This document shows, in pieces, positions 46,476 to 56,073 of a stretch of 64,000 nucleotides of DNA. A program made the position numbers and the translations under genes. Origin of the DNA: Chloroflexota bacterium (GTDB lineage: Bacteria > Chloroflexota > Limnocylindria > Limnocylindrales > CSP1-4); NCBI GenBank assembly GCA_003141245.1, contig PLLE01000046.1:62841-126840 (forward strand), given 5' to 3'. Every line of letters starts with the position of its first letter. Position 1 is the stretch's first letter. The notes beneath the pieces were generated by a model that made no database searches, was not told the DNA's origin, and saw only the letters and a list, made by a program, of their open reading frames with translations.

Positions 46476-48038
46476 ATGCGCGTCGTCTGCATCTCCGCCG
46501 AGTGCGAGCCGTGGGCCAAGACGGGTGGGCTGGGCGATGTCGTGGACGCCCTGGCGCGGGCCGTTGCCGCGATCGGCGAACCCGAGGCGACCGCCCAGCA
46601 GGTCGTGCAGTCGCAGGTCTGGGTCGGCACCGGGGGTGTGATGGGGCAGGCGCCGAGCGGCGTCTCCGCCCATGTGGAACGGCCCGTGGACGTCTTCCTG
46701 CCCAGGTACCGCGGAGTGTCCGTCCCGGAGGACGCGAAGGTAACTCCGCTCGTCGTCCCGGACCCGCTCGCTCCCGAGGGCGTGACCGAGGTCTCGCTGG
46801 TCGAGTTCGAGGCGCGCGGGTATCGCGTCCGCCTCATCGACCACCCGCCGGCCTTCGATCGTGAGGGCTACTACGGCGGCATTGACGGCGACTACGCCGA
46901 CAACGGCTGGCGCTTCGGGCTGCTGTGCCGGGCCGCCCTGGAGGCGCTCCTCGACGACGACCGCCCCGTCGACGTGCTGCATCTGCACGACTGGCAGGCG
47001 ATGCCGGCCGTCCTGTTGCGCGACGTCGCCTATGCCGCCTATCCGCGGATCTCGTCCGCCGCCGTCATGGCCACGATCCACAACATGGCGTATCAGGGCT
47101 GGCTGTCGCGCGAGCAGCTGGCGGGCCTCGCCACTCCGGACGAGATCGCCGAGCTCGTGGCCCCGGGCGCGGAGGGGCTGCTGCTGCTGCGCGAGGGGAT
47201 CCAGCGCGCCGAGCTCGTCAACACCGTCAGCCCCGGCTACGCCGGCGAGGTCCTGACCCCGGCATTCGGGATGGGCATGGACCCGGTCCTGGCCAGGCTC
47301 GGCCACCGCTTCGGCGGCATTCTCAACGGCCTGGACACCGTCGTCTGGGATCCGGCCACAGACGAGGCCCTGTCGGCAACCTACTCGCGCGGCGACCTCG
47401 CGGGCAAGGCCCAATGCCGCCGGGCGCTGCTCACCGAGCTCGGCTTCGATCCGGATGACGATCGGCCGGTGCTCGGGATGATCGGCCGGCTCGATCCGCA
47501 GAAGGGCTTCGACCTGCTGGCCCGCGCCGCTCCCGCCCTGCTGGACGAGGGGGCCCGGATCGTGGCCCTTGGGACCGGCGACCGCAAGCAGGTGTCGAAG
47601 CTGCGGGCCATCGCCGCCAAGCGGCCGGACGCGGTGGCGGTCGTCGAGAAGTTCGACCGCGGCCTGGCCCGACGCATCTACGCCGGCGCGGACCTGTACC
47701 TGATGCCGTCGCGGTTCGAGCCGTGCGGGCAGGGTCAGATGATCGCGCTCCGCTACGGCACGCCGGCGATCGTGCATCGGACCGGCGGGCTGGCCGACAC
47801 GGTCGTCGACGTGGACGCCTACCCGGACGAAGGGACGGGCTTCGTCTTTGCGGCGCCCAAGACGGCCGCTCTGCTGGAAGCGTGCCGGCGGGCGATGTCG
47901 CACCACCACGCCGGCGGCGAGGCCTGGGCGGCGCTGCAGGACAGGGGGATGGCGATCGACTGGTCGTGGGAGGCGGGGCCGGCGGAGCAGTACGCCGCCT
48001 CGTACCGGCGAGCGGTCTCGCTCCGTAGAGAGCGCTAG
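46476..48038 (+). CDS. glgA: glycogen synthase (GT5)
   Basis: 'MRVVCISAECEPWAKTGGLGDVV' carries the KTGGL motif. ATG 46476. Confidence 0.9.
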   Translation: MRVVCISAECEPWAKTGGLGDVVDALARAVAAIGEPEATAQQVVQSQVWVGTGGVMGQAPSGVSAHVERPVDVFLPRYRGVSVPEDAKVTPLVVPDPLAPEGVTEVSLVEFEARGYRVRLIDHPPAFDREGYYGGIDGDYADNGWRFGLLCRAALEALLDDDRPVDVLHLHDWQAMPAVLLRDVAYAAYPRISSAAVMATIHNMAYQGWLSREQLAGLATPDEIAELVAPGAEGLLLLREGIQRAELVNTVSPGYAGEVLTPAFGMGMDPVLARLGHRFGGILNGLDTVVWDPATDEALSATYSRGDLAGKAQCRRALLTELGFDPDDDRPVLGMIGRLDPQKGFDLLARAAPALLDEGARIVALGTGDRKQVSKLRAIAAKRPDAVAVVEKFDRGLARRIYAGADLYLMPSRFEPCGQGQMIALRYGTPAIVHRTGGLADTVVDVDAYPDEGTGFVFAAPKTAALLEACRRAMSHHHAGGEAWAALQDRGMAIDWSWEAGPAEQYAASYRRAVSLRRER

Positions 48039-48042
48039 GGCC

Positions 48043-49437
48043 GTGCCCGAGGTCACGCGCGATCTGCTCATCGTCGGGGCCGGGGCCGCGGGGCTGACGG
48101 CCGCTCTGACCGCCGCCGAGCACGGGGCGCGGGTGTTGATGCTGACCAAGGGCCACGCCCCGGATTCGTCGAGCTGGCACGCGCAGGGTGGGATAGCGGG
48201 CGCGGTCGGGGACGACGACACGGCGACGCTGCACGCCGTCGACACGGAACGGGCCGGCCGGGACCTGTGCCGGCCGAGCGCCGTGCGGGTGCTGACCGAG
48301 GAAGGTCCGGAGCGCGTTCGGGACCTGATCGCGCTGGGCGTGCCGTTCGATCCGGAGCTGAGTCTCGAGGGCGGGCACTCCCGGCGCCGCGTCTCCAGCG
48401 TCGACGGGGCGGCCACGGGCTGGGCGGTGACGAGCGTCCTGGGGCGGCGCGCGGCCAGCTCGGAACTCATCGCCACGAGCGAAGCCACGAACGTGCTGGC
48501 GCTGTGGGTCTCGGGCGGGCGATGCCTGGGCGTCGTCACTCCGGACGGCCCGATCGCGGCCCGGGCCACGATCCTGGCGATGGGTGGCGCGGCCGCGCTG
48601 TGGGCCCGCACCACCAACCCGGAGGGCCAGATAGGCGACGCCATCGCGATCGGGTTCGCGGCCGGCGCGGCGGTCGCCGATCTCGAGTTCATGCAATTCC
48701 ATCCAACGGTGCTCGCCGGGTCCCGGCTGCTCCTGACCGAAGCCCTGCGGGGCGAGGGCGCGACGCTGCTCGACGAGAAGGGGGAGCGGTTCGTGGACGA
48801 GCTGGCGCCGCGGGACGAAGTCGCCCGGGCCATGGTCCGCAAAGGGAGCGTCCGGCTCGACCTGCGCGATGTCGATCGAGCGCGCTTCCCCGGCCTGATG
48901 GCCGAGATCGAGAAGGCCGGCTTCAATCCGGCGATCGAGCCGATTCCAGTTTCTCCTGCGGCTCACTACACGATCGGCGGCGTCGTGACGGACCTGATCG
49001 GGCGGACCGATATCGCCGGCCTGTACGCGGCCGGGGAGAGCGCCGCGACCGGCGTCCACGGCGCCAACCGGCTCGCCTCCAACTCCCTGCTGGAGTGCCT
49101 GGTCTTCGGGCGGCGGGCGGCGCTGGCTGCGCTGGACGAGCCCGCGGCACCGTCGCGGCCCGAGGCGCCGCCGCCCGCTCCGCCTGCGCGGGTCGCCTCG
49201 GCGGAGTTGCGAGAGCAGGTCTGGCGGCAGGCCGGCGTGATGCGCGACCCGGCGGATCTGACCGACCTGGCGCGCAGTCCCGATCCCGTCGCTGCGCTCG
49301 TGGCTCGCTTCGCGCTGGCTCGCTCCGAAAGTCGAGGCGTCCATTACCGTATCGACGCGCCCACCACCAACCAGACCCTCGAAGGGCACTTCGTCCTTCG
49401 GCCGGGGCAGGAGCTGACACTGGAGCACTGGAGTTGA
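48043..49437 (+). CDS. nadB: L-aspartate oxidase
   Basis: GTG 48043. 'DLLIVGAGAAGLTAAL', 'AAHYTIGGV', 'GANRLASNSLLECLVFG'. Confidence 0.9.
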   Translation: MPEVTRDLLIVGAGAAGLTAALTAAEHGARVLMLTKGHAPDSSSWHAQGGIAGAVGDDDTATLHAVDTERAGRDLCRPSAVRVLTEEGPERVRDLIALGVPFDPELSLEGGHSRRRVSSVDGAATGWAVTSVLGRRAASSELIATSEATNVLALWVSGGRCLGVVTPDGPIAARATILAMGGAAALWARTTNPEGQIGDAIAIGFAAGAAVADLEFMQFHPTVLAGSRLLLTEALRGEGATLLDEKGERFVDELAPRDEVARAMVRKGSVRLDLRDVDRARFPGLMAEIEKAGFNPAIEPIPVSPAAHYTIGGVVTDLIGRTDIAGLYAAGESAATGVHGANRLASNSLLECLVFGRRAALAALDEPAAPSRPEAPPPAPPARVASAELREQVWRQAGVMRDPADLTDLARSPDPVAALVARFALARSESRGVHYRIDAPTTNQTLEGHFVLRPGQELTLEHWS

Positions 49438-50348
49438 CCACGCCCGCCACGATCCGCCCGCCTGCCACGATCCCCGCGGCCACCCCGCGCAAGATCCGCC
49501 CGCCCGATCCGGCGGCCGTGGCCCGGGTCGTGGCCGTGGCCCTGGCCGAGGACCTGGCCGGGGGCGATCCCACCAGCGAGGGTCTCTTCGGGCCGGACGC
49601 CACGTGCGAGATGTCGCTGCTGCAGAAGGAGCCGGGCGTCGTCTGCGGCCTGCCGATCGTGGCCGCCGTCTTCGCCGCGCTGGACTCGCGAGTCGTCGTT
49701 GCCGCCACCTGCGCGGACGGCGACCACATCGCCGCCGTCCCCGCCGAGCTCGCCCGCATCGGCGGGCCAATGCGGGCGGTTCTCGCCGGCGAGCGGACCG
49801 CCTTGAACCTGCTTGCCCGGCTCAGCGGGATCGCCACGCTGGCGGCGCAGTGCGTTGCCGAGCTGGATGGCACCGGTGTCGTCTTGCTGGACACGCGCAA
49901 GACCACCGCCGGGTTGCGGGAGCTCGAGAAGTACGCGGTCCGCTGCGGCGGTGCCTCCAATCATCGCTTCAACCTGGGCGAGGCGCTCCTGGTCAAGGAC
50001 AACCACTTGCGTCTGGCCGGCGGCGTCGCGGCGGCCGTGGCTCGGTTGCACGAGGCGCAGTCGAGGCTGCGCCTGGAGGTCGAGGCCGAGACCCTCGACG
50101 ACGTGCGGGCCGCGCTCGAGGCCGGGGTCAACCGCATCCTGCTCGACAACATGACCGTCGATCAGCTTCGCGAGGCGGTAGCGCTGTGCCACGGCATGAC
50201 CGACGGCGCGGTCGAGACCGAGGCCTCGGGCGGGATCACGCTGGCCAACCTGCGTCAGGTCGGCGAGACGGGCGTGGACTACATCTCGATCGGCGCGCTG
50301 ACACATTCGCCCAAGGCGCTCGACGTCTCGCTCGAGGTCGCGCAGTGA
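49434..50348 (+). CDS. nadC: nicotinate-nucleotide pyrophosphorylase (quinolinate PRTase)
   Basis: TTG 49434 overlaps the nadB stop (TTGA). 'ILLDNMT', 'ETEASGGITLANL'. Confidence 0.85.
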   Translation: MTTPATIRPPATIPAATPRKIRPPDPAAVARVVAVALAEDLAGGDPTSEGLFGPDATCEMSLLQKEPGVVCGLPIVAAVFAALDSRVVVAATCADGDHIAAVPAELARIGGPMRAVLAGERTALNLLARLSGIATLAAQCVAELDGTGVVLLDTRKTTAGLRELEKYAVRCGGASNHRFNLGEALLVKDNHLRLAGGVAAAVARLHEAQSRLRLEVEAETLDDVRAALEAGVNRILLDNMTVDQLREAVALCHGMTDGAVETEASGGITLANLRQVGETGVDYISIGALTHSPKALDVSLEVAQ

Positions 50349-51538
50349 GTTCGGCCACCCCGGCCTCCGTCCGAGCGTCCGCCTCCGGTCGAGCGTCCGC
50401 CTCCGGTCGAGCGTCCGCCTCCGGCCCGGCCTCCGGTCGAGAGTCCGCCTCCGGCCCGGCCTCCGGTCGAGAGTCCGCCTCCGCCCCGGCCTCCGGCCGA
50501 GAGTCCGCCTCCGCCCCGGCCTCCGGCCGAGAGTCCGCCTCCGGCCGAGCCTCGGCGTCCGGCCGGGCCTCGGAAGCCGCCGCGATCCCGGTCGAGCCAC
50601 CGGGCGACCCGGCCACTTTCCCGGCTCTCCAGGCCGAGATCCGCGACCTGGCCCGCGAACGCGACGCCGTCATCCTGGCCCACAGCTACGAGCGGCCCGA
50701 GGTCCAGGACGTGGCCGACCACGTCGGCGACTCGCTCCACCTGTCCCGGATCGCGGCCACGGCCCCGCAATCCACGATCGTCTTCTGCGGCGTGGCATTC
50801 ATGGCCGAGACGGCCAAGATCCTCTCCCCGCAGAAGCGGGTACTCCTACCGGATCTGTCGGCCGGCTGCTCCCTGGCCGATTCGATCACGGTCGAGCAGC
50901 TGCGCCAGTGGAAGCGCGAGCATCCCGGCGCGGTCGTCGTCTCGTACGTAAACACGACCGCGGCCGTCAAGGCGGAGAGCGACTACTGCTGCACGTCGGG
51001 CAATGCTCGGGCCGTGATCGACGCGATCCCGCGCGACCGCCACATCCTCTTCCTGCCCGACATGTTCCTGGGGCTGTGGCTGGAGCGCGTGACCGGCCGC
51101 AAGCTGACGATCTGGCTCGGCGAGTGTCACGTCCACGCCGGGATCCGGCCGGCGGACGTCGAACGCTGGCGTCGCGAGGAGCCCGGCGCCGAGCTGCTGA
51201 TCCACCCCGAATGCGGCTGCACCAGCCAGGTGATCGAGGCCGCCGGCGACGACGCCCACATTCTGTCGACCGAAGGCATGGTCACCTATGCCGAACGTTC
51301 GAAGGCCGACACCTTCCTGATCGCCACTGAGGTCGGCATCCTGCACCGCCTCGAGCAGAAAGCCCCGGGCAAGCGTTTCGTGCCGGTCAATCGCGAAGCC
51401 GTCTGCCAGTACATGAAGCTGACCACGCTGCCGAAGCTCCGCGACTCGCTTCTGCACGGCGTCTATCCGATAGAGGTGCCGGTCGAGATCGCCGCCCGCG
51501 CCCGCGTCGCCCTCGAGCGCATGATCGCGATCGCCTGA
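50345..51538 (+). CDS. nadA: quinolinate synthase with a repeat-rich N-terminal extension
   Basis: GTG 50345 overlaps the nadC stop (GTGA). 'AVILAHSYERPEVQDVAD', 'FMAETAKIL', 'IHPEC'. No in-frame ATG/GTG/TTG lies between the repeats and the conserved core. Confidence 0.85.
   Translation: MSSATPASVRASASGRASASGRASASGPASGRESASGPASGRESASAPASGRESASAPASGRESASGRASASGRASEAAAIPVEPPGDPATFPALQAEIRDLARERDAVILAHSYERPEVQDVADHVGDSLHLSRIAATAPQSTIVFCGVAFMAETAKILSPQKRVLLPDLSAGCSLADSITVEQLRQWKREHPGAVVVSYVNTTAAVKAESDYCCTSGNARAVIDAIPRDRHILFLPDMFLGLWLERVTGRKLTIWLGECHVHAGIRPADVERWRREEPGAELLIHPECGCTSQVIEAAGDDAHILSTEGMVTYAERSKADTFLIATEVGILHRLEQKAPGKRFVPVNREAVCQYMKLTTLPKLRDSLLHGVYPIEVPVEIAARARVALERMIAIA
50364..50575 (+). 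repeat. in-frame tandem repeats (18-nt x about 3, then 30-nt x about 4) encoding (ASGRAS)n(ASGPASGRES)n
   Basis: gcctccggtcgagcgtcc units, then gcctccggcccggcctccggtcgagagtcc units, read directly from the sequence. Confidence 0.9.
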
Positions 51539-51557
51539 GCCTCAGATCGCCTGAGCC

Positions 51558-52130
51558 TCAGCCGGGGTGGCCGAGCTCGAGCTGGACGGCCTCCAGCCGT
51601 TCGACCTGGGCCAGGCGGGCAAAGAGGTTGCCGTTCGATCGATAGTGCTCGACCAGGCGCTCATATTCGGTCGAGACCCACGCGTAGTCCGGGTGGCGGG
51701 CCTCCCATTCGCGCAGGAACACGACGCCGCACAGTCGGACCTGCATCAGCTCCTTGAGGCAGTTGAAGCACGGCTGGACGGTGGTGTAGAGGAAGGCGCC
51801 GTCCAACGAAGTTCCGAAACGGGCGGCGGTCAGCATCGCGTTCTGCTCGGCATGGACGCACAGGCAGATGTCGTACAGCTTGCCCGCGACGTCGGGCTGC
51901 TCGCGCCGGATCGCGCAGCGCCGGCAGCCGCGCTCGGATTCGGTGCAGTTGGGATAGCCGGCGGGCGTGCCGTTGTAGCCGCTGCCTAGGACGCGGTTGT
52001 CGCGGACGATGACCGCCCCGACGCGCGATCCCAGGCACTTCGCGCCCGATTCCACGACCAGGGCGAGGCGCATGTAGAAGTCGTGGCGCGGCCATGCCGC
52101 GTCCGAGAGCTGGATCACGTCCACGGCCAT
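51558..52130 (-). CDS. dCMP/cytidine deaminase-family zinc enzyme
   Basis: 'CVHAEQNAM' (HAE) and 'PCFNCLKEL' (PCxxC). Confidence 0.8.
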   Translation of the reverse strand: MAVDVIQLSDAAWPRHDFYMRLALVVESGAKCLGSRVGAVIVRDNRVLGSGYNGTPAGYPNCTESERGCRRCAIRREQPDVAGKLYDICLCVHAEQNAMLTAARFGTSLDGAFLYTTVQPCFNCLKELMQVRLCGVVFLREWEARHPDYAWVSTEYERLVEHYRSNGNLFARLAQVERLEAVQLELGHPG

Positions 52131-52294
52131 CGTCGACCCTCGCTCGCGCCGCGCGCGGCCGGAAGAAGCGACCGCGCGGGGCGCCCTGACGTTACACGAC
52201 CGACAACGGCTCTGTCGCGCCTCGCCGCGCCTCGCGCCTCGCCACGCCGAGGCGGTCCCGCTCCGACGCTTCCCGCGCGCAAGGCCAGGTAGCG

Positions 52295-53170
52295 TCAGGA
52301 CGTGACTGAGCCGCAGCCCGATTCGTCCGGGAAGTTCGGCCGGACCAGGACCGAATAGCGCCCGCTCGAGGCCTTCCAGACAGTCAGGCCGTTCGCGGTC
52401 TTCGCCACGGTGACGAACGCCGTCAGGTCGACCCCGCTCAGGGCGATGCAGCGGAAGGTCGTGTTGGCGATCTGCTCGCCGGCGGTGGCCGGGTCGAGAG
52501 CGAGCGGCCAGTCGACTACCTGGCGGGTGGTGCCCTGCGAGTCCGTCGCGCCGGTCGGTACCACGAAGACTCGCATGGAGGACGGCTCGTAGACCTCCTC
52601 GTCGCTCACCTGGCGGCCCAGGAACTTGGACAGGTCCGTGATTGCATCTCGGTAGGCCATGAGCCCGGCGCGCGCAGCGTTGACCGCCGGATCGTCGGCC
52701 TTGAACTGCGCATACAGGGCATAGGCGCTGATCCTGTGCGTCTTGCCGGCGACGGTCGTGGTGAAGACGCTCGTGCCCAGGTCGAAGACGTCGGTAGCGT
52801 CGAAGCGTGCGTCGGGACCGAGCAGTCCGGCAGCGTCGGCGGCGGCGAGAACCTTCTGGATCTCGTCCGGTGTGACGCGGAGCGCGCGCAGGTTCGGCAG
52901 CAGCGGAGCCGGATAGATCTCGATCACCGGCCCCTGAATGACGATCCGGCCGTCGCCGTAGAGGGCGAACTCGGGCATGTGCGTCAAGCGGTACGAGATC
53001 GGGACGTTGCCGCCCCCCTCGGTGAGATTCATGATCAGCTTGTCGGAGCCGGTCTCGACGCTGTACGTGGTAGGTATGGCCGAGGCACCTGACGAGGGGG
53101 ACCCGCCGGTCCCGCCGACGCAGCCAGCCGCCATCAGGCTTATGCCAATGAGCGAAAGAAAGCGGCGCAT
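52295..53170 (-). CDS. hypothetical lipoprotein
   Basis: 'MRRFLSLIGISLMAAGCVGG' lipobox. 291 aa. No motif recognised. Confidence 0.6.
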   Translation of the reverse strand: MRRFLSLIGISLMAAGCVGGTGGSPSSGASAIPTTYSVETGSDKLIMNLTEGGGNVPISYRLTHMPEFALYGDGRIVIQGPVIEIYPAPLLPNLRALRVTPDEIQKVLAAADAAGLLGPDARFDATDVFDLGTSVFTTTVAGKTHRISAYALYAQFKADDPAVNAARAGLMAYRDAITDLSKFLGRQVSDEEVYEPSSMRVFVVPTGATDSQGTTRQVVDWPLALDPATAGEQIANTTFRCIALSGVDLTAFVTVAKTANGLTVWKASSGRYSVLVRPNFPDESGCGSVTS

Positions 53171-53639
53171 CTCGTGGCCTCCCCGAGCCTATCGCTAACA
53201 GGTGTGCAAGCTAAGCGCTCGACAGGGTTTCGACTCTCCGCACCCGCCCGCAGTTCCACCGAGGCGGCCGTCCGCCAGACCCACGGATCCGTCACCCAGT
53301 CTGGAGCGCGGCCGCAAACTCGGCTTCGCCGGCGCGCAGGACTTCCTCGGCCTGACGTGGTCCACGTTCGCGTACTCCGGGTCAGAGCCCCCGTAACGCC
53401 ACCCGCTCGGCGCCCCTCATGGCCAGCCTGCCGGAGGTGCTCCCAACGGGCTGCGCCATCTTAGCCCGGTCTGTCGGAGACTCCAACGGGCAAGTTTCGG
53501 CTCAGAATGGCGCGGCTGCGCTGGCACAAGTGGGGCGGGCTGCCGGCGCCGCCCCAAGACGAGCCTGCGACGACCAGCGTGCCGGCGTTGGCGCCACGCG
53601 GGGCTCGTGTTACTCTCCGGTCGCCTCCGACGGCATCGA

Positions 53640-53678
53640 GCGGGAGTAGCTCAGTCGGTAGAGCGTCAGCCTTCCAAG
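53640..53678 (+). pseudogene. tRNA-Gly(UCC) 5' half only (acceptor strand, D-arm, anticodon stem 5' strand and loop)
   Basis: GCGGGAG-TA-GCTC-AGTCGGTA-GAGC-G-TCAGC-CTTCCAA-G. The expected GCTGA, T-arm and CTCCCGC acceptor strand do not follow. Confidence 0.6.
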
Positions 53679-54129
53679 TCAAACGCTCCTGAGCGCGGTG
53701 CTCTTTTCGTGGAATCCACGCACGAAATGCCCATTTCATGTCAAGTTAAACGCTGTACGTGACGGTGTCAGATTCGCGTTACAGCGTCAGCCTTTTTGAC
53801 CGTTTACCAAGCGGTTTTGAAAGATTCGGCAGCCTCTTGGAAGGGGCTGAGGGCCCCAAGGAGCGCGGTGCTAAATCGCTCTGAGTCGAGCAGTTGGCCC
53901 GGATGGCACCAGATGGCTTCTGCCTAACGAATCGAGGGTTTCGGGGTCCGCCGATTCCGTGGAGGCCGGCTGCCTCCCGGCTTGACTGCCTCCATCTATC
54001 GCGGTACCAGCTGGAGCGTGGATCGCACGGCGGCGGTCATTCCCGCAGACGCCTGCCAGATTGCCCGCCGCTGATTCCGTCGGCGACGGGGGACTGACAG
54101 AACTTACTGAGTCCGCGCGTCCGCCTGGC

Positions 54130-55257
54130 TCACCTCGATGCCGACTGCACCTCGTTCCTTGGCGCCCTGACGACCCGGCGAGACGCAACGGCTTGAATTT
54201 CGAACCAGACCGTGGTGCGGCCGTCGGCCGAAGCGACACCGACGGTGCCGCCGAAGGATGTGACGAGCTCACGGACAATCGCCAGGCCGATGCCAGCGCC
54301 ACCCCTGGCCGCGTCACGCGACTTCTCCACGCGATAGAAGCGCTCGAACACATGGGGGAGGTCCGCGGCCGGAATGCCGGATCCGGTATTCGAGACCTCG
54401 ACCCGAACGACGCCGTCACGCTGGGCTCCGCGTAGCCAAACAGAGCCAGGCGGCGGCGTGTACCGAAGCGCGTTCTGGAGGAGGTTGCCGATCACCTGCT
54501 TGAGCCCGTCCGGATCGGCTAGAACCGGCAGTGACGGCGCTAGTTCTACCTGTAACTCCAGTCCTGCCGCAGCAAACCCGGGGGCCGCGAGATCGGAGCC
54601 CGCCCTCGCCACCGAGGTCACGTCCACCTCGACCAGCTCACGTGGGCCAGCGGCCGTCGGATCAGGGAGCGTGTCCAGCGACCGAGCGAGCCGCACCAGC
54701 CGCTCCGCCTCTTCCCAGAGCGACTGGAAGGTCTCGCGGTCGGCGGGGATGACCTCGTCGCGCAAGGCTTCGAGGTATCCCTGCAGGTTCGTGAGCGGCG
54801 TCCGGAGCTCGTGGGCGGCGTTTGCCACGAACTCCCGGCGCAGCCGCTCCTGCTCCTCGAGCGCCGCGGCCATCTCATTGAACGTTTCCGCCAGATCGGC
54901 AACTTCCCTCGGCCCCTCGCGCGGTACCCGAGCGCGATAGTCACCGTCGGCGATGCGCTTGGCAGCCAGCCCAACTCTGCTCAGAGGTTTGGCGATCCGA
55001 CCGGCCAGCAGGACGGCGAGCCCGATCGCAGCCAGAACCGCGACTCCCAGACCCATCACCACGACTCGCCCGACGGATTCGTCGAACATCGCCTGCGATT
55101 CGCTCGCCGGATGACCGTCTGCAGTCATGAGATCGAGAAATGCCTGCGAGCCCAGGACCAGGGTTCCGACCGCCACGATCCCGACGGCCAGTAGGGCCAC
55201 GACGATCGCGGCCAGAGCGATCCGGAATCCGAGGCCGCCTGCGAAGCGCGATCTCAT
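54130..55257 (-). CDS. sensor histidine kinase (2 TM, HAMP, HisKA, HATPase_c)
   Basis: H-box 'AAHELRTPLT', N-box 'LLQNALRYT', G-boxes 'VSNTGSGI' and 'GGAGIGLAIV'. Confidence 0.9.
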   Translation of the reverse strand: MRSRFAGGLGFRIALAAIVVALLAVGIVAVGTLVLGSQAFLDLMTADGHPASESQAMFDESVGRVVVMGLGVAVLAAIGLAVLLAGRIAKPLSRVGLAAKRIADGDYRARVPREGPREVADLAETFNEMAAALEEQERLRREFVANAAHELRTPLTNLQGYLEALRDEVIPADRETFQSLWEEAERLVRLARSLDTLPDPTAAGPRELVEVDVTSVARAGSDLAAPGFAAAGLELQVELAPSLPVLADPDGLKQVIGNLLQNALRYTPPPGSVWLRGAQRDGVVRVEVSNTGSGIPAADLPHVFERFYRVEKSRDAARGGAGIGLAIVRELVTSFGGTVGVASADGRTTVWFEIQAVASRRVVRAPRNEVQSASR

Positions 55258-55973
55258 GCCACTTCCACCCGGGCTCCGACGATGCGATACCCGACGCCAC
55301 GGATCGTCGCTATGTAGCGCGGCTGGTCCGGGTCGTCGGCGAGCTTCTGGCGAAGTCGCTTGACGAGCGCGTCGATGCTCCGATCGAGCACGAACGCCTC
55401 GCCCTGGCCGTAGATGGCGTCTAGCAGCTGTTCGCGCGAGAGCACGCGTCCGTCCGCGTCTGCGAGTGCGACGAGCAGACGGAACTCTTGCGCGGTGAGT
55501 TCGAGCGGGTTGCCCGACACGCTCGCGGAGTGGCGATCGCGGTCGAGCACGAGATCGCCGACCTGGAGCACCGGAGCCGAGGCTGCCTGAGGCGCAACGC
55601 CCGCCGATCGGTCGAGGATCCGCTTGATCCGGACGACGAGCTCGGCCGGGGAGAAGGGCTTGGGTAGGTAGTCGTCCGCACCGGCTTCGAGGCCCGCGAT
55701 CCGATCGTTTGTGGTTCCGCGGGCAGACAGCATGAGAATGGGCGTCCGATCGGTGCGCCGGACTGCCCGGACGATCGAGAGTCCGTCGACTTCGGGCAGC
55801 ATCAGATCTAGCACCACGAGGACCGGAGCTTCGAGCGCGATGGCCGCCAGCGCCGACTTGCCGTCGGCTGCCTCGATCACGCGAAAGCCCTCTCGTTCCA
55901 GATACGTACGGACGAGGCGCACGATCTTGGCGTCGTCGTCCACGACGAGGATCGGAGGCTTAGGCGTGGGCAT
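55254..55973 (-). CDS. OmpR/PhoB-family response regulator
   Basis: 'ILVVDDD', 'VLDLMLPEVDG' and the winged helix 'IATIRGVGYR'. ATGA-type overlap with the kinase gene. Confidence 0.9.
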   Translation of the reverse strand: MPTPKPPILVVDDDAKIVRLVRTYLEREGFRVIEAADGKSALAAIALEAPVLVVLDLMLPEVDGLSIVRAVRRTDRTPILMLSARGTTNDRIAGLEAGADDYLPKPFSPAELVVRIKRILDRSAGVAPQAASAPVLQVGDLVLDRDRHSASVSGNPLELTAQEFRLLVALADADGRVLSREQLLDAIYGQGEAFVLDRSIDALVKRLRQKLADDPDQPRYIATIRGVGYRIVGARVEVA

Positions 55974-56073
55974 GGACACATCGTAGATTCGCCCGTCCAT
56001 TTGAGCCTCCGCTTGTATGGGAAAGGTGGTGGGCTGGGAGGCTTGTTGCGCCTCCCGGCCCACCGAGGATCGG

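Noticed and set aside
44698-46641. 647-aa ORF antisense to glgP, and the 415-aa ORF (42957..44204) antisense to GH57
   Set aside because: Both are shadow ORFs opposite well-supported genes.
46449-49770. 825-aa and 779-aa minus-strand ORFs across glgA/nadB
   Set aside because: The translations are low-complexity (runs of R, P, A, S). The opposite strand encodes unmistakable GlgA and NadB.
48267-51538. The 693-aa and 644-aa track ORFs, which suggest giant fusion proteins
   Set aside because: Only their C-terminal parts look like NadC and NadA. The upstream parts overlap nadB and nadC in other frames. Overlapping TTGA and GTGA start/stop junctions give normal gene sizes.
53678-53850. A group I intron in the tRNA-Gly anticodon loop
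   Set aside because: 'GGTGTCAGATTCGCG' vaguely recalls the P4 region of tRNA group I introns. However, I find no R/S-type core (AGACTA..), no 3' exon, no T-arm and no acceptor strand, so an intron cannot be supported.
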